DNA of 64,000 nt, from NCBI GenBank assembly GCA_905203995.1, contig CAJKXZ010000004.1, positions 28,340 through 92,339 of the forward strand. The letters run 5' to 3'. The notes beneath the pieces are model-generated. The model saw nothing but the letters and a program-made list of their open reading frames with translations. It did not search any database and was not told the DNA's origin. The DNA comes from an uncultured Methanomassiliicoccus sp. (GTDB lineage Archaea; Thermoplasmatota; Thermoplasmata; Methanomassiliicoccales; Methanomassiliicoccaceae). Made by a program: the position numbers and the translations under genes. This document shows positions 9,284 to 20,149 of the stretch, piece by piece. How positions within the stretch are numbered: position 1 is the first letter of the stretch; every line of letters begins with the position of its first letter.

Positions 9284-10613
9284 GACGCAGTTTTTGACAG
9301 TGATTTATTTTTTCTCTCTGCTTCATGCGCAATGCTTTTTGAATGGCTTTGCCCATCGCTTCAATATCGTAAGGATTGACAACAATCGCATCTTTCATAC
9401 CTTCGCTGGCTCCGGCGAACTCACTGAGGATCAAAACACCTTTTTCATTGACCGCAACATACTCTTTGGCTACCAGATTCATGCCGTCAATAACTGGTGT
9501 CACCATCGCCACATCCGCGATTTTGTAAAGCATCAGCAGCTTATCTTCTTCGATCTTGCGGTTAATGTAAATGATTGGTGTCCAGGAGGGCGTCTGAAAA
9601 CGGCCGTTTATGCGTCCGACTGTTTCTTCCACATGGCGCTTCATTTCTTTGTATTCGTTAATGTTGACCCGCGTCGGTGAAGCGATCTGAATGAAGGACA
9701 CCTTCCCCCGTGCCCGCGGGTTAGCTTCTAAATAACGTTCAAAGGCCAGAAAACGGTTGAGAATGCCTTTGGTGTAATCTAAGCGGTCTACTCCGAGAAT
9801 AATCCGTTCGGCATTGATTGATTTTCGGGTCGCTTCTGCTCCTTTAAGGATATGCGGTGCACTGCCGCTTTTAGCATACGTTTCATAATCAATGCCAATC
9901 GGAATCGCAGCAATTTTTGTTTTTCTTTCATTATAATTGATTACATTATCTTTTACTTCAGCCTGCGGGAACTCCCGGCAGACGGTAGAAATGAAATTGT
10001 CAGCATGTGCTTTCGTATGAAAACCCAGCATGTCGGCGCTGAGCAGTCCGGTCAGCAGTTCTTTCCGCCAGGGAATGCAGGAAAAAGTCTCCGCAGCGGG
10101 AAATGGAATGTGCCAGAAAAGGGCGATCGCCGCTTCCGGCACTTTTTTTCTCAAGAGATCCGGAACTAATGAAAAATGCACATCTTGAATAAAGACACGG
10201 CCGCCAGCCTCTAACTCTTCCGCTGCCGCCTCAGCAAATTTCTGATTAACACTTTTGTAAACTTCCCAGTAGTTCTTTTTAAACTGGGCATTTTCCTGAA
10301 ATAAGTGGCAAACCGGCCAGATAACCCGGTTGCTGAAACCGAGATAGTAATCGTTAACTTCTTTCTGAGTCAGCCAGATTCTCCGCAGTGTGTACTGGGG
10401 AGCCGTCGGCGGCACGCGCACACAGCCTTTAGCGTCGCTGCAGTCTTGATCAGCGTCACCGCTGCCCCAGGCGATCCAGGTGCCTTTCGCAGCCTGCATT
10501 ACGGGGTCAATGGCCGCTACCACACCTCCCGTCGGAACCGAGCAGTCAATATGCTCTCCATTGTACTCATGGACATAGGGTTCCCGATTGGAGATAACGA
10601 TTAATCTATCCAC
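9213..10613 (-). CDS. otsA: Trehalose-6-phosphate synthase (GT20, OtsA)
   Basis: Full-length GT20 similarity (IWVHDYHL-like region, [10 protein letters not shown], and the [15 protein letters not shown] motif seen here as [13 protein letters not shown]). Confidence 0.8.
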   Translation of the reverse strand: MDRLIVISNREPYVHEYNGEHIDCSVPTGGVVAAIDPVMQAAKGTWIAWGSGDADQDCSDAKGCVRVPPTAPQYTLRRIWLTQKEVNDYYLGFSNRVIWPVCHLFQENAQFKKNYWEVYKSVNQKFAEAAAEELEAGGRVFIQDVHFSLVPDLLRKKVPEAAIALFWHIPFPAAETFSCIPWRKELLTGLLSADMLGFHTKAHADNFISTVCREFPQAEVKDNVINYNERKTKIAAIPIGIDYETYAKSGSAPHILKGAEATRKSINAERIILGVDRLDYTKGILNRFLAFERYLEANPRARGKVSFIQIASPTRVNINEYKEMKRHVEETVGRINGRFQTPSWTPIIYINRKIEEDKLLMLYKIADVAMVTPVIDGMNLVAKEYVAVNEKGVLILSEFAGASEGMKDAIVVNPYDIEAMGKAIQKALRMKQREKINHCQKLRREVQEHDIFWWLDEFFRQWEAGC

Positions 10614-10674
10614 CTTGGAAATTAAGAGAACACAGCCTATTTAAGCGAATTCCGTGGAAAAAGTAGAAAGGGGT

Positions 10675-11700
10675 TTATTGAGAGTCTAACCTCTCAAGAA
10701 CGGCGGACAGAATGATCGGCAGGGTAATGGTGGCATCACCTTCGACCGTCATGTAGTCAGCAGCCGCTTTGACTTTTCCCCAGGATACAGCTTCCCGCAC
10801 GCGGGCGCCGGAAAGGGAACCATCGTATTCTTCGGCTGTAGTCAGATAAACAGCGTGATCTAAACCGCCGCGGAACTGATTCCACCAGATGGTGTGGTGC
10901 TTAGAGATACCGCCGCCGACCATGATCGCTCCCGACTCTTCCGCATCAAAGACCATATCCATCAGGTCCTGCTCGTCTTGGAAGAGATCAATGTGGAGAT
11001 CGCGGTGCTCCTGCCAGTACATCCAGACCTGACTGCCGAAGGAACCGTCAGTAATGCCCGGGACAAAGATCGGTACATTTTGCTTATGGCACCAGTAGAG
11101 CAGTGAACTCTCATCGTCAACCATCGCTCCGACCTGATCAATCAGTTCGCGGGTAGAAATCGAATTGCGGCCTTTCAGAATCTTTTTCAGCATCGGCTGC
11201 ATCTTTTTCTCGAGGACAATGCCGTAGCTGGAATTAGGCACTAAGACATTTCCCAGCCTGTTGATGCCCTGGTCATAGAGCTTAGCGTCATCCATAATGA
11301 ATTCGCCGTGATAGTATTTTTTCCAGGTTCTGGCTAGATCGTGGTCTAAAGTGCCGCAGGTGGTAATGATAACATCAACCAGACCGCGCTTTACTAATTC
11401 AATAATTACTCCACGGGTTCCCGTGGCCATAATGCAGGCGGGGAAGGAGAGGAAAACAGTGCAATCTTTCTTTTTCAGCATTTTTTCAGTAATGTCCACA
11501 GCATCAGCCAACTTTTTAGCTGTGAAACCTCCGCAATTGCTCATTTGACTGATGAGCTCGTTAACCGTCATGGCCCCGCCGATTTTAAGATCAACTACAG
11601 GCTTTTTAGTATTCATCAGAGCAGCAAGCACAAAGCTCGCTAAAAAAGTTATCTCTCTTTGCGCAGCCTTCTTGCTTAGGAACGGCAGGGAATCAGCCAT
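10675..11700 (-). CDS. dys: Deoxyhypusine synthase
   Basis: ~340 aa with a DHS-family pattern (GGAMT.., ITTCGTLDHD, GITDGSFGSQ, VGGGISKHH). Confidence 0.7.
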   Translation of the reverse strand: MADSLPFLSKKAAQREITFLASFVLAALMNTKKPVVDLKIGGAMTVNELISQMSNCGGFTAKKLADAVDITEKMLKKKDCTVFLSFPACIMATGTRGVIIELVKRGLVDVIITTCGTLDHDLARTWKKYYHGEFIMDDAKLYDQGINRLGNVLVPNSSYGIVLEKKMQPMLKKILKGRNSISTRELIDQVGAMVDDESSLLYWCHKQNVPIFVPGITDGSFGSQVWMYWQEHRDLHIDLFQDEQDLMDMVFDAEESGAIMVGGGISKHHTIWWNQFRGGLDHAVYLTTAEEYDGSLSGARVREAVSWGKVKAAADYMTVEGDATITLPIILSAVLERLDSQ

Positions 11701-12266
11701 TTCTCCATAATTTCCTGCAGTTGGGTAAAAGTTGCTGACAATTCACCGCTGTTGTCCACTTTATCCCAGCCCGCTGCCACGGCAAGCATCTTTTTCCGGA
11801 TGTCGGCAATGCTCTCTTCGGTCTCAAACATTTCCCACTCTTCATTGCGCAGGTGGATTCTTTCCATAGCTGTGGCCGGATCAACATCCACGAAAAGCTG
11901 ATGATCAGGCTGTGGAAACAGTTTAGTAAGGAAAGTATAGCCGGGTTTCACCAGCTTAGGCGGCAGATAGGCGGCACTCATCGAATACCTGACGAAAATA
12001 ACTACCTCAGCAGCAGATTTTTTCATGTTGGCAATTGAAAGTAAAAGATCGATGATGAAAAAGATCACTGACAGAAAATATTTGATCCCTTCACCCTGCA
12101 GGCAGGTTTTCATCAACTTTCCGCTGAGACGTTCAGAAGGATGGACGTAAATTCTTACTGTTTGGCCGCAGGCTTCATAGCGGTCTCTAATCCATTCCGC
12201 CACCGTATTCTTTCCTGAGCCGTCTGTTCCTTCAATTACGATCCACATCTGCACAACACTTTTCAA
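11676..12266 (-). CDS. Thymidylate kinase-like P-loop kinase
   Basis: N-terminal IVIEGTDGSGKNT matches the dTMP-kinase P-loop (EGxDGxGKxT); size ~196 aa. Confidence 0.55.
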   Translation of the reverse strand: MKSVVQMWIVIEGTDGSGKNTVAEWIRDRYEACGQTVRIYVHPSERLSGKLMKTCLQGEGIKYFLSVIFFIIDLLLSIANMKKSAAEVVIFVRYSMSAAYLPPKLVKPGYTFLTKLFPQPDHQLFVDVDPATAMERIHLRNEEWEMFETEESIADIRKKMLAVAAGWDKVDNSGELSATFTQLQEIMEKWLIPCRS

Positions 12267-12495
12267 ATTTTGCAGGGCAATGTTATTTGCCCTATTAAAT
12301 GACTGTTTTACGCAAGCAATTTTCTTTGACTAAACTCATTGTCAGCTAGGGAATATTCAAATTAACTTCTAATAAATTCATATTTTTATCTCTGAAGCGC
12401 ACCATCAAACCATTCATGATCTTCACCGCTGCGGTATGAATCGGACTATCTTCTTCAGACAATGATATTAATGAAGAACGCAATCTTCTTAAGCG

Positions 12496-13938
12496 ATGCT
12501 TCAGAATCTTGACCCTCATAAAAAACTCAAAAAAGGTGAGTTTAAGAAACAGATCCCTAACCTTCGCAACCAGTTAGGCGAGCTGCAGCGTAAACTACGC
12601 CGGGCTGAGATTCCGGTAATCATTCTTTTTGAAGGCTGGGAACCGGCTTTGATGGCCAAAGTCATCAACCAGCTTTTGGTACCTCTGGATCCGCGGGGCT
12701 TTGATTATTACAATATCGGCCCTTCTAGCAATGAAGAAGCGAAACACCAGTTCTTGTGGCGTTTTTGGATCAAGACGCCGGCCAAAGGGCGAATTGCTAT
12801 TTTTGACCGTTCCTGGTATTCTTCTTCAGCAGCGCGTTCGATGGACGCCGGCAGTGATGAGCTGATTGTGGGCGATCTCAAGCAGATTCATACTTTTGAA
12901 AGACAGCTGGCTGACAGCGGAGTCACTATCATCAAACTCTTTCTGCACGTGGAAGCGGATAACCGTGAGCCGACTGATGAAGAGACCTGCGGTTTAGTCA
13001 AAGACGATCTTGATCTAATCAAAAGACAGGAGCAGTATCTGCCCCTTATTGACAAGATGATCACTGCTACCGAGTCGCCTTTTGCTCCGTGGACGATTGT
13101 GGAGTCGGCCAATGAGGAATTTGCAACGCTGAAAGTCCTGAAAACTGTCGTCAACCGCATGGAATCCGCTTTAGAAACAAATAACAATATTTCTGACGGC
13201 GGCTACTGCCGGATGGAGTATGCGCCCATTCAATGCCAGCCGCCGCATCAAAAGTTAGATGATGAGACTTATTATACTAAACTGGAAAAGTACCAGCAGC
13301 GGCTGAAGGTAGTACAGATGGAGCTGTATAAGCAAAAACGACCGCTGCTTTTGGTCTTTGAAGGCCGTGATGCTGCCGGTAAAGGAGGAACGATTCTGCG
13401 CATGACGCAGTCGCTTAATCCCCGCACTTATCAGGTAGTGCCGACCGGCGCACCCAATGATGTCGAGATTGCCCACCACTACCTCTGGCGCTTTTATCTG
13501 GGACTGCCGGCCAAAGGCCATATTTCGATCTTCGACCGTTCCTGGTACGGCCGTGTTTTAGTTGAAAGAGTTGATAATTTAACCAGCGAAACAGACTGGC
13601 GCCGCGCTTACCGTGAAATCAATGAATTTGAAAAATCTCTGGTTGACGACGGCACCATTCTCATCAAGATGTGGCTGGAAATCAGCAAAGCTGAGCAGCT
13701 GCAGCGTTTTATTGAGCGGGTCGACAACCCTCTCAAAAATTGGAAAATCTCAGATGATGACTGGAAAGCCCGGGAAAAATGGGACCGCTATACAGAAGCG
13801 ATCAATGAGATGATTGCCCGTACTTCACCGCCTTATGCTCCGTGGATTATTATTGATTCCAATGACAAACACAGCGCCCGGCTGCAGGCCCATAAGTCTG
13901 TCTTGGAAATTACTGAGAAAGAATTAGGGATTAAGTAA
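12496..13938 (+). CDS. ppk2: Polyphosphate kinase 2 with two tandem PPK2 domains
   Basis: Two repeats of the PPK2 pattern (ILFEGWEPALMAKVI..YLWRFWIK.P..G.IAIFDRSWY and LVFEGRDAAGKGGTI..YLWRFYLGLP..GHISIFDRSWY). Confidence 0.8.
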   Translation: MLQNLDPHKKLKKGEFKKQIPNLRNQLGELQRKLRRAEIPVIILFEGWEPALMAKVINQLLVPLDPRGFDYYNIGPSSNEEAKHQFLWRFWIKTPAKGRIAIFDRSWYSSSAARSMDAGSDELIVGDLKQIHTFERQLADSGVTIIKLFLHVEADNREPTDEETCGLVKDDLDLIKRQEQYLPLIDKMITATESPFAPWTIVESANEEFATLKVLKTVVNRMESALETNNNISDGGYCRMEYAPIQCQPPHQKLDDETYYTKLEKYQQRLKVVQMELYKQKRPLLLVFEGRDAAGKGGTILRMTQSLNPRTYQVVPTGAPNDVEIAHHYLWRFYLGLPAKGHISIFDRSWYGRVLVERVDNLTSETDWRRAYREINEFEKSLVDDGTILIKMWLEISKAEQLQRFIERVDNPLKNWKISDDDWKAREKWDRYTEAINEMIARTSPPYAPWIIIDSNDKHSARLQAHKSVLEITEKELGIK

Positions 13939-15738
13939 TCACTTTTTCTTGATCTTCTGCGTAATCTTCTCGTTGGCTGCGGCGTACTTAGCACGCGGCA
14001 GTCCGCGGATAATGAGCGCTACGAAAACTACCAGACAAATGAGGATTACCGCCACTTCTTCCCAGAGCACCAAGGGATTGGGGACAATCAGCAGCACAAT
14101 AAAGTCAATGGTTAGAATGAGCAGTACACTGCTGACCTTCATAAACTTCTCATAACCGCTGCTCTCTGCACAATCATTGTTGCGCTGTCTGCTTCTTTTA
14201 CCGCCTTCGAGCATCACTTCATCAATCAGCTTCAGGTTGTGTACCAGATTGATAATCGGCGGCAGGAGAACCAGGAAGTTAATGATCATCGACAGGGAGT
14301 TGGCAATATGGATATTGCTGGGCAGTAGTGGATCCAGATTCTCGTAGATATACGGCGAAAGGAAATAGAAGATAATCTCGATCGCGGCGATAACCAGCAG
14401 GTCAATGTAGATCATAATGAATTTTGATCTAACGAGGGAAGCGGACTTTTTGGACGAACGCATTCGTTCATAAGCGTCGCTGCGGACACAGGAGAGATGG
14501 TCAACCTTTTTATGAACTGCCTGCGGCACGCTGCTCGCTACTTTATCGTAAATTTTGTCTGAGTTTTTGGAGAGGAAGGGCAGTATGACCATCGAGACTA
14601 AGGCGGCACCGATAACCGCCGAGTAGAAGCTTTGGCTGACCACGCCGGCATCCAAGGCCGTTTTAGCAATGATAAATGCAAATTCACCCATAGCTACCAG
14701 GCTGACCGCGGACATGAAACTGATTTTCAGTTTTCTATTGCCTAGCAGGTAAGCTAGCAATACTGTTGAGACCTTTGCTAAAGCAAAGACGCCGAAGATG
14801 ATCAGAATCAACGGGATATTGTGCAGTAGTTCATCGGGGACAATTTCTAAGCCGATGGAGATGAAGAAAATGGCCATGAACAGTTCTTTCATGGGTTCGG
14901 TTTTAGTCATAATCTCCTGCGAAAACTGGCACTGCGAAACAATGACGCCCATGATGAAGGCGCCGATAGCCATCGAAAGTCCGATCTTAGTCGCGAGGAG
15001 TGCCATCGCAAAACAGAGGCCGATGGCGACAATCAGTAGCACTTCTGATGAAATCTTTTTACCGATCCAGTCAAGAAGACGGGGGATAAAAATCAGACCA
15101 ATGCCGATGCTGGCACCGATGAAGACGATAATGGCGCCGATCATGCCGATGATGGAACCTAACGCAGGAGTATCGCCGACTAAGAGCGGCGCGGCCATCG
15201 TGAGAATCAGAACCTGGCCGATGTCTTCCATGACCGTAATGAGAATGATCGTTTCTGCGGTATCTTTGTCAATTTTCTCCTGTTCTTTGAGTACCGCAGC
15301 AATCACTGCTGTACTCGATCCCGAGATCACCGCGCCAAGGAAAATCGATTCGACCATGCCCCAGCCCATGACGATCCCGGCCAGGTAACCGGCCAGTAGC
15401 ATCAGCGGTAGCTGGATAACCGCTACCATCACGACAAACATGCCGCTTTTCTTCAGCTTTGCCAGATTAAGCTCTAAACCGATGAAGAACATCAGCAGCA
15501 CTAAGCCCATATCAGAGAGAATTGAAACGATCGTTTCCGTCGAAGTAGAGGCGCCGTCCCAGAAATTTGCTAAGATGATACCGGCTGCTAGATAACCGAT
15601 AATTGCCGGCATCTTCAATTTGGTAAAGATGATTGAACAAAAGCCGGCAATTAGTAACAAGTAAGTGATATTGACAAGTAGTACGGCTTCTTCCACAGTT
15701 ATCCTATTCCTCTTCTCTGGCTCAAGTCTGGTTTTCAC
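13939..15738 (-). CDS. CPA2-family monovalent cation:H+ antiporter (Kef/NapA-like) with C-terminal membrane extension
   Basis: ~13 TM Na+/H+-exchanger-fold sequence (GYLLAGIILANF.., MFFIGLE) plus extra C-terminal helices. Confidence 0.75.
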   Translation of the reverse strand: MKTRLEPEKRNRITVEEAVLLVNITYLLLIAGFCSIIFTKLKMPAIIGYLAAGIILANFWDGASTSTETIVSILSDMGLVLLMFFIGLELNLAKLKKSGMFVVMVAVIQLPLMLLAGYLAGIVMGWGMVESIFLGAVISGSSTAVIAAVLKEQEKIDKDTAETIILITVMEDIGQVLILTMAAPLLVGDTPALGSIIGMIGAIIVFIGASIGIGLIFIPRLLDWIGKKISSEVLLIVAIGLCFAMALLATKIGLSMAIGAFIMGVIVSQCQFSQEIMTKTEPMKELFMAIFFISIGLEIVPDELLHNIPLILIIFGVFALAKVSTVLLAYLLGNRKLKISFMSAVSLVAMGEFAFIIAKTALDAGVVSQSFYSAVIGAALVSMVILPFLSKNSDKIYDKVASSVPQAVHKKVDHLSCVRSDAYERMRSSKKSASLVRSKFIMIYIDLLVIAAIEIIFYFLSPYIYENLDPLLPSNIHIANSLSMIINFLVLLPPIINLVHNLKLIDEVMLEGGKRSRQRNNDCAESSGYEKFMKVSSVLLILTIDFIVLLIVPNPLVLWEEVAVILICLVVFVALIIRGLPRAKYAAANEKITQKIKKK

Positions 15739-15981
15739 TTACACTTTTATAGTATTTATGCTTGTTCTTCAATAATTATTATCTTCATTTTATATATTGT
15801 TATTATTATATGGGTTCACGCTTGAACGCATTCATACGTCTCCAACTACGATTTTCGCGGTTCCATTAATGATCAGCAACTCTGAGAAAGAAATACTGCT
15901 GAATGCCCTAAAAATCATGTCAGCAACCAATATATATAAAAACTATAATACGACCTCAAAACCTCGAAGAAGGTTCTGATT

Positions 15982-18168
15982 ATGAATGTTGATATTGACA
16001 TGTTGGTATATCTTGTACCAATTGCGGGCATAATCGGCCTCATCGTCGCGGGTGTCCTTACCAAATGGGTTATGGGTAAGGATACAGGCACTCCTGAAAT
16101 GAAAGTAATCGGAGATGCTATCCGTGAAGGAGCGATGGCCTACCTAGCTCGTCAGTACAAGACAATCGCCATAATCAGCGTTATCGTAGCGGTGCTGTTA
16201 CTCGCCTTAGATTGGAGAATCAGCGTCGCCTTCCTGATTGGAGCATTTTTCTCATCCTTGTCTGGTTACATCGGTATGAGAGTATCTGTCAGCTCCAACA
16301 TCAGGACTGCTAGCGCTGCTAGAAGATCATTGAATGAGTCCCTTTTGACCTCATTCCGCGGTGGAGCCGTATCTGGTCTCGCGGTAGTTGTTCTGAGCTT
16401 ACTGGGTGTTACAGGTATTTTCTTCCTGTATCTCTTTGTCCTCAACAACGACACTGACTTTGAATCCAACTCCCTGTGGTTCTCTAACACGCTCAACTTA
16501 GTCGCTGGTTATGCCTTCGGTGCTTCCTTTGCTGCTTTATTCGCTCAGCTTGGTGGTGGAATTTACACCAAAGCTGCCGATGTCGGTGCAGACTTAGTAG
16601 GAAAAGTCGAAGCTGGTATTCCTGAAGACGACCCCCGTAACCCAGCGGTAATCGCTGATCTGGTGGGAGACAACGTCGGTGACTGTGCCGGCCGTGGTGC
16701 TGACTTATTCGAAAGCACTGCTGCGGAAAACATCGGTGCTATGATCATGGGTTCTGCAATCTACTTGTACACCAATGATCCCCTGTGGGTATTCTTCCCC
16801 TTAGTCGTCTGCGCCTTCGGTATGCTCGCTTCCTTGATTGGTATCGGTACCGTCAGATTGAGAAATGAGAACGAAGAACCAATGAAAGCTTTGAACCGCG
16901 GTTACTTCATTACTGCTATCATCTCGGCAGTCGGTTTGTATTTCATTACCGACTATATGTTAGGTGCCTGGCAGTATTTCGTGTGCGCCATTATCGGTAT
17001 CATCCTTTCCATTGCCATCGTGTACATTACTCAGTACTACACCGCAGGAAATTACCGTCCAGTCCGTGAGATCGCTGATGCTTCCGAAACCGGACCGGCT
17101 ACCAACATCATCACTGGTTTCTCCATTGGTCTGGAGACCACTGTACTGCCGATCATTGCGATTGCCATTTCACTTCTTGCTTCCTATGCGCTAGGTCAAG
17201 ATGCGGCAACTACGCTCGGTCACCCCGAAGAGTCCTTCATCTTTGGTCTCTACGGAACCGCTGCGGCAACCATCGGTATGCTGGTAACTGCCACTTTCGT
17301 GTTGGCGATGGATACCTTTGGACCAATCACCGACAACGCCGGTGGTATTGTCGAAATGTCCAACCAGCCCAAAGAAATTCGTAACAGAACTGACAAGCTG
17401 GATTCAGTAGGAAACACCACCAAGGCCCTTACCAAAGGATACGCCATGGGTTCTGCGGCACTTGCTGCGTTCTTATTGTTCTCAGCCTTCTTCGAGCAGG
17501 TAGTTATTGCCAGACAAAACATGGGCATCAACACTTCACTCTCTGAAGTATTCCATGTTGATATCGCTCAGCCACAGATCTTTGTCGCCGCTCTTCTCGG
17601 TGCCATGTTAGTCTTCATCTTTGCCTCACTGGCTATTCGTGCAGTAGGTAAAGCTGCTTCCGGCATGATCACTGAAGTACGCAGGCAGTTCAAAGAAGAT
17701 CCCGGCATTATGGAAGGAACTTCCAAACCTGACTACGCAAGCTGCGTGGATATCTCCACCAAAGCTGCCCTCAAGACCATGGTCTTACCCGGTATCCTGC
17801 CGGTCTTAACACCAATCATCCTCGGATTATTGATGTTCTACGCCTATGACTATGGTACCGACAACGGTGGGGTCATTGCGGTTCAGGCTGTTGGTGCTTT
17901 CCTGATGGTAGCAACCATTGCCGGTATCCTGATGGCTATCCTCTTAAACAACGGTGGAGGAGCCTGGGATAACGCCAAGAAATACATCGAAGACGGCCAC
18001 CACGGTGGTAAAGGCTCACCAGCCCACGCCGCCGCTGTCGTCGGAGATACTGTGGGAGATCCATTCAAAGACACCGCTGGACCATCACTGCACGTGTTAG
18101 TCAAGCTGCTGTCCACTATCTCCCTGGTCTTTGCTGTAGTGTTTGTCACTGGTACATTCCCACTATAA
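15982..18168 (+). CDS. hppA: Membrane-bound proton/sodium-translocating inorganic pyrophosphatase
   Basis: Diagnostic M-PPase motifs (GGG(I/L)YTKAADVGADLVGKVE, DNVGDxAG, GDTVGDPFKDT) across 728 aa. Confidence 0.9.
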   Translation: MNVDIDMLVYLVPIAGIIGLIVAGVLTKWVMGKDTGTPEMKVIGDAIREGAMAYLARQYKTIAIISVIVAVLLLALDWRISVAFLIGAFFSSLSGYIGMRVSVSSNIRTASAARRSLNESLLTSFRGGAVSGLAVVVLSLLGVTGIFFLYLFVLNNDTDFESNSLWFSNTLNLVAGYAFGASFAALFAQLGGGIYTKAADVGADLVGKVEAGIPEDDPRNPAVIADLVGDNVGDCAGRGADLFESTAAENIGAMIMGSAIYLYTNDPLWVFFPLVVCAFGMLASLIGIGTVRLRNENEEPMKALNRGYFITAIISAVGLYFITDYMLGAWQYFVCAIIGIILSIAIVYITQYYTAGNYRPVREIADASETGPATNIITGFSIGLETTVLPIIAIAISLLASYALGQDAATTLGHPEESFIFGLYGTAAATIGMLVTATFVLAMDTFGPITDNAGGIVEMSNQPKEIRNRTDKLDSVGNTTKALTKGYAMGSAALAAFLLFSAFFEQVVIARQNMGINTSLSEVFHVDIAQPQIFVAALLGAMLVFIFASLAIRAVGKAASGMITEVRRQFKEDPGIMEGTSKPDYASCVDISTKAALKTMVLPGILPVLTPIILGLLMFYAYDYGTDNGGVIAVQAVGAFLMVATIAGILMAILLNNGGGAWDNAKKYIEDGHHGGKGSPAHAAAVVGDTVGDPFKDTAGPSLHVLVKLLSTISLVFAVVFVTGTFPL

Positions 18169-18278
18169 GCAAACCCCCAAACCCCTTTTCTTTAATTTTT
18201 TCTTCTTTGTTTTCTGCGCTCTGAGCCAGAGTTTTTAGAGGTTCTGGGTTACGCTTAGATTTAAATAACAGTTGGTTC

Positions 18279-18878
18279 ATGACGACCTTATCGTTCAGAG
18301 GATATGCTATGTATTTGCTGACTACGAAGGAAAAAGTAGTACGTATTCCCCCAGAAATGCTGGGTGAGGACCTCGACGAGGTCGTTAACCAGAGCACACG
18401 CTCTTCATTCGAGGGAAGCATGGAAAGTGGTAATTCGTACACTATACTGATTACCAACGTGGAGCAAGTGGGTCCTGGACGCATAGTCCATGGTGACGGA
18501 GCAGTTTATCAAAACGTAAAATACGACGCGCTGATGTTCCGACCACTCCTTCAAGAGGTTATCGAAGGTACAGTTGTAGAAATTTTGAAATTTGGTGCAT
18601 TTGTCAGATTTGGACCTCTCGACGGCTTATTACATGTCAGTCAGATAATGGACGATCGTATCGACATTGATCAGGATAACGGTAGACTTATTGGTAAGGA
18701 TACCAAACGTGACCTGAAAGTCGGTGATAGAGTACGCGCTAGAATCGTAGCTCTCAGCATTAACGAAAGAAACCCGCGCGAATCTAAAATCGGACTCACT
18801 ATGAGGCAGCCCGGACTCGGCAAGCTGGAATGGCTTGAAGAGGACCACAGCGGCAAAGAAACTGGTGATGAAGAATGA
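18279..18878 (+). CDS. rpoE: DNA-directed RNA polymerase subunit E (Rpo7/RpoE) with S1 domain
   Basis: Rpb7 N-terminal domain plus S1 fold (GTVVEILKFGAFVRFGPLDGLLHVSQI). The likely true start is the internal Met at ~18309 (MYLLTTKEKVV). Confidence 0.8.
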   Translation: MTTLSFRGYAMYLLTTKEKVVRIPPEMLGEDLDEVVNQSTRSSFEGSMESGNSYTILITNVEQVGPGRIVHGDGAVYQNVKYDALMFRPLLQEVIEGTVVEILKFGAFVRFGPLDGLLHVSQIMDDRIDIDQDNGRLIGKDTKRDLKVGDRVRARIVALSINERNPRESKIGLTMRQPGLGKLEWLEEDHSGKETGDEE

Positions 18879-19060
18879 AAGTACAACGCGCATGTAAACA
18901 CTGCAGCTACATGACTGAAGAAGAAACCTGCCCGCTCTGCGGAAATGCTACTTCTAAAGAATGGCAGGGTTATGTAGTAATTTTAGACCATACCAATTCA
19001 CAAATCGCAGAACGGATGGGAATCAATGTCAATGGAAAGTTCGCCCTCAAGGTGCGCTGA
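18875..19060 (+). CDS. spt4: Transcription elongation factor Spt4 (RpoE'')
   Basis: 61 aa with C-x2-C...C-x2-C Zn ribbon (CKHCSYMTEEETCPLCG), in the conserved position directly after rpoE. Confidence 0.7.
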   Translation: MKVQRACKHCSYMTEEETCPLCGNATSKEWQGYVVILDHTNSQIAERMGINVNGKFALKVR

Positions 19061-19583
19061 ACTACAGTGCCCGGCTAAGGGATGGGCTCTTCCAGAAAAG
19101 ATGAGAAATGAACTTGGTACAGGTTTTGGCGAATTAGTCAAATTAGAAGATTTAAAAATTCAACTGGCGGGTTGTGTGAAATTGTTGTCTGTTGGTGATG
19201 TGGTGTCATATACTCTTTTAGACAATGGTTTCCGGCCCGATTTACTCATCTACGACCTCAAGACTGAGCGGAGACCCTTCTCTCCTCTCTCCTCTAAGCT
19301 CGGTCTTTTGTGCGGCGAGGAAGTAGTTGTGGAAAACCCGGCAGGATCGATCACGCCTGAGCTGGTCACTGAAATCAGGGCCGCGCTTGAACGGGATGTT
19401 CCTACCAAAATCAGAGTTGAAGGTGAAGAAGACCTTGCAGCACTGGCTTGTGCAGCAATGGCCCCCTTCGGCTCCTGCCTGCTCTATGGCCTGCCCGGTG
19501 TGGGTATGGCTTTGCTCAAGATCGATGAGGCTGCAGCAGGCCGTGCAAAATCTTTCCTAGACTCCATGGAGGAATTAAATTGA
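19026..19583 (+). CDS. DUF359-family protein (archaeal GTP-dependent dephospho-CoA kinase family)
   Basis: In the conserved archaeal position between spt4 and rps24e; the sequence pattern VGDVVSYTLLDNGFRPDLLIYDLKTER is typical of the family. The start is probably an internal Met. Confidence 0.55.
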   Translation: MSMESSPSRCAELQCPAKGWALPEKMRNELGTGFGELVKLEDLKIQLAGCVKLLSVGDVVSYTLLDNGFRPDLLIYDLKTERRPFSPLSSKLGLLCGEEVVVENPAGSITPELVTEIRAALERDVPTKIRVEGEEDLAALACAAMAPFGSCLLYGLPGVGMALLKIDEAAAGRAKSFLDSMEELN

Positions 19584-19897
19584 AGTTAGAGATAATTGAT
19601 AAAACTGAAAACAAACTCATGCACCGTGTAGAAGTAAAATTCAAAGCGGTCCACATTGGGGATTCTACACCAAGCCGCGACGCCATCAGAGACGCCTTGG
19701 CTAACAACTTTTCTGCCCCTAAAGAGAACATCGTCATCATCCGCATGAACTCTGAATACGGTAAATGTTCTACCGATGGTTACGCTAAAATCTACGATTC
19801 CGCAGAAATTGCAAAAACCCACGAGAGAAACTATCTCCTGGTAAGAAACGGCCTTGCTGAGAAAAAAGTAAGAACCGCTAAGAAGAAGAAAAAGTGA
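19580..19897 (+). CDS. rps24e: 30S ribosomal protein S24e
   Basis: Strong S24e similarity (RKE..VEV.H.G..TPSR..IRDALA). Confidence 0.85.
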   Translation: MKLEIIDKTENKLMHRVEVKFKAVHIGDSTPSRDAIRDALANNFSAPKENIVIIRMNSEYGKCSTDGYAKIYDSAEIAKTHERNYLLVRNGLAEKKVRTAKKKKK

Positions 19898-19907
19898 GGT
19901 GACATAA

Positions 19908-20105
19908 ATGGCTGACAAAAAAGGTAAGGGTGCAGCTCCGAAAGAAGCTTCTGCAAAAAAGAACTACTACTCCGTTAGCGGAGACAAACTGGAACGCGTT
20001 AAACGCAGCTGCCCTAAATGCGGTCCTGGTGTATTCCTCGCTGAACACAAAGATCGTTCATCTTGTGGAAAGTGCGGCTACACTGAATTCAAAAACAAAA
20101 ACTGA
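19908..20105 (+). CDS. rps27ae: 30S ribosomal protein S27ae
   Basis: C4 zinc ribbon [25 protein letters not shown], conserved after S24e. Confidence 0.85.
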   Translation: MADKKGKGAAPKEASAKKNYYSVSGDKLERVKRSCPKCGPGVFLAEHKDRSSCGKCGYTEFKNKN

Positions 20106-20149
20106 TATTGTGGATCTTCCACACTATCTTTTCTCTATTTTGTGATTAA

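Noticed and set aside
15797-15979. 60-aa ORF in the AT-rich divergent region upstream of hppA
   Set aside because: Low-complexity sequence in a promoter region with no conservation cues; more likely non-coding.
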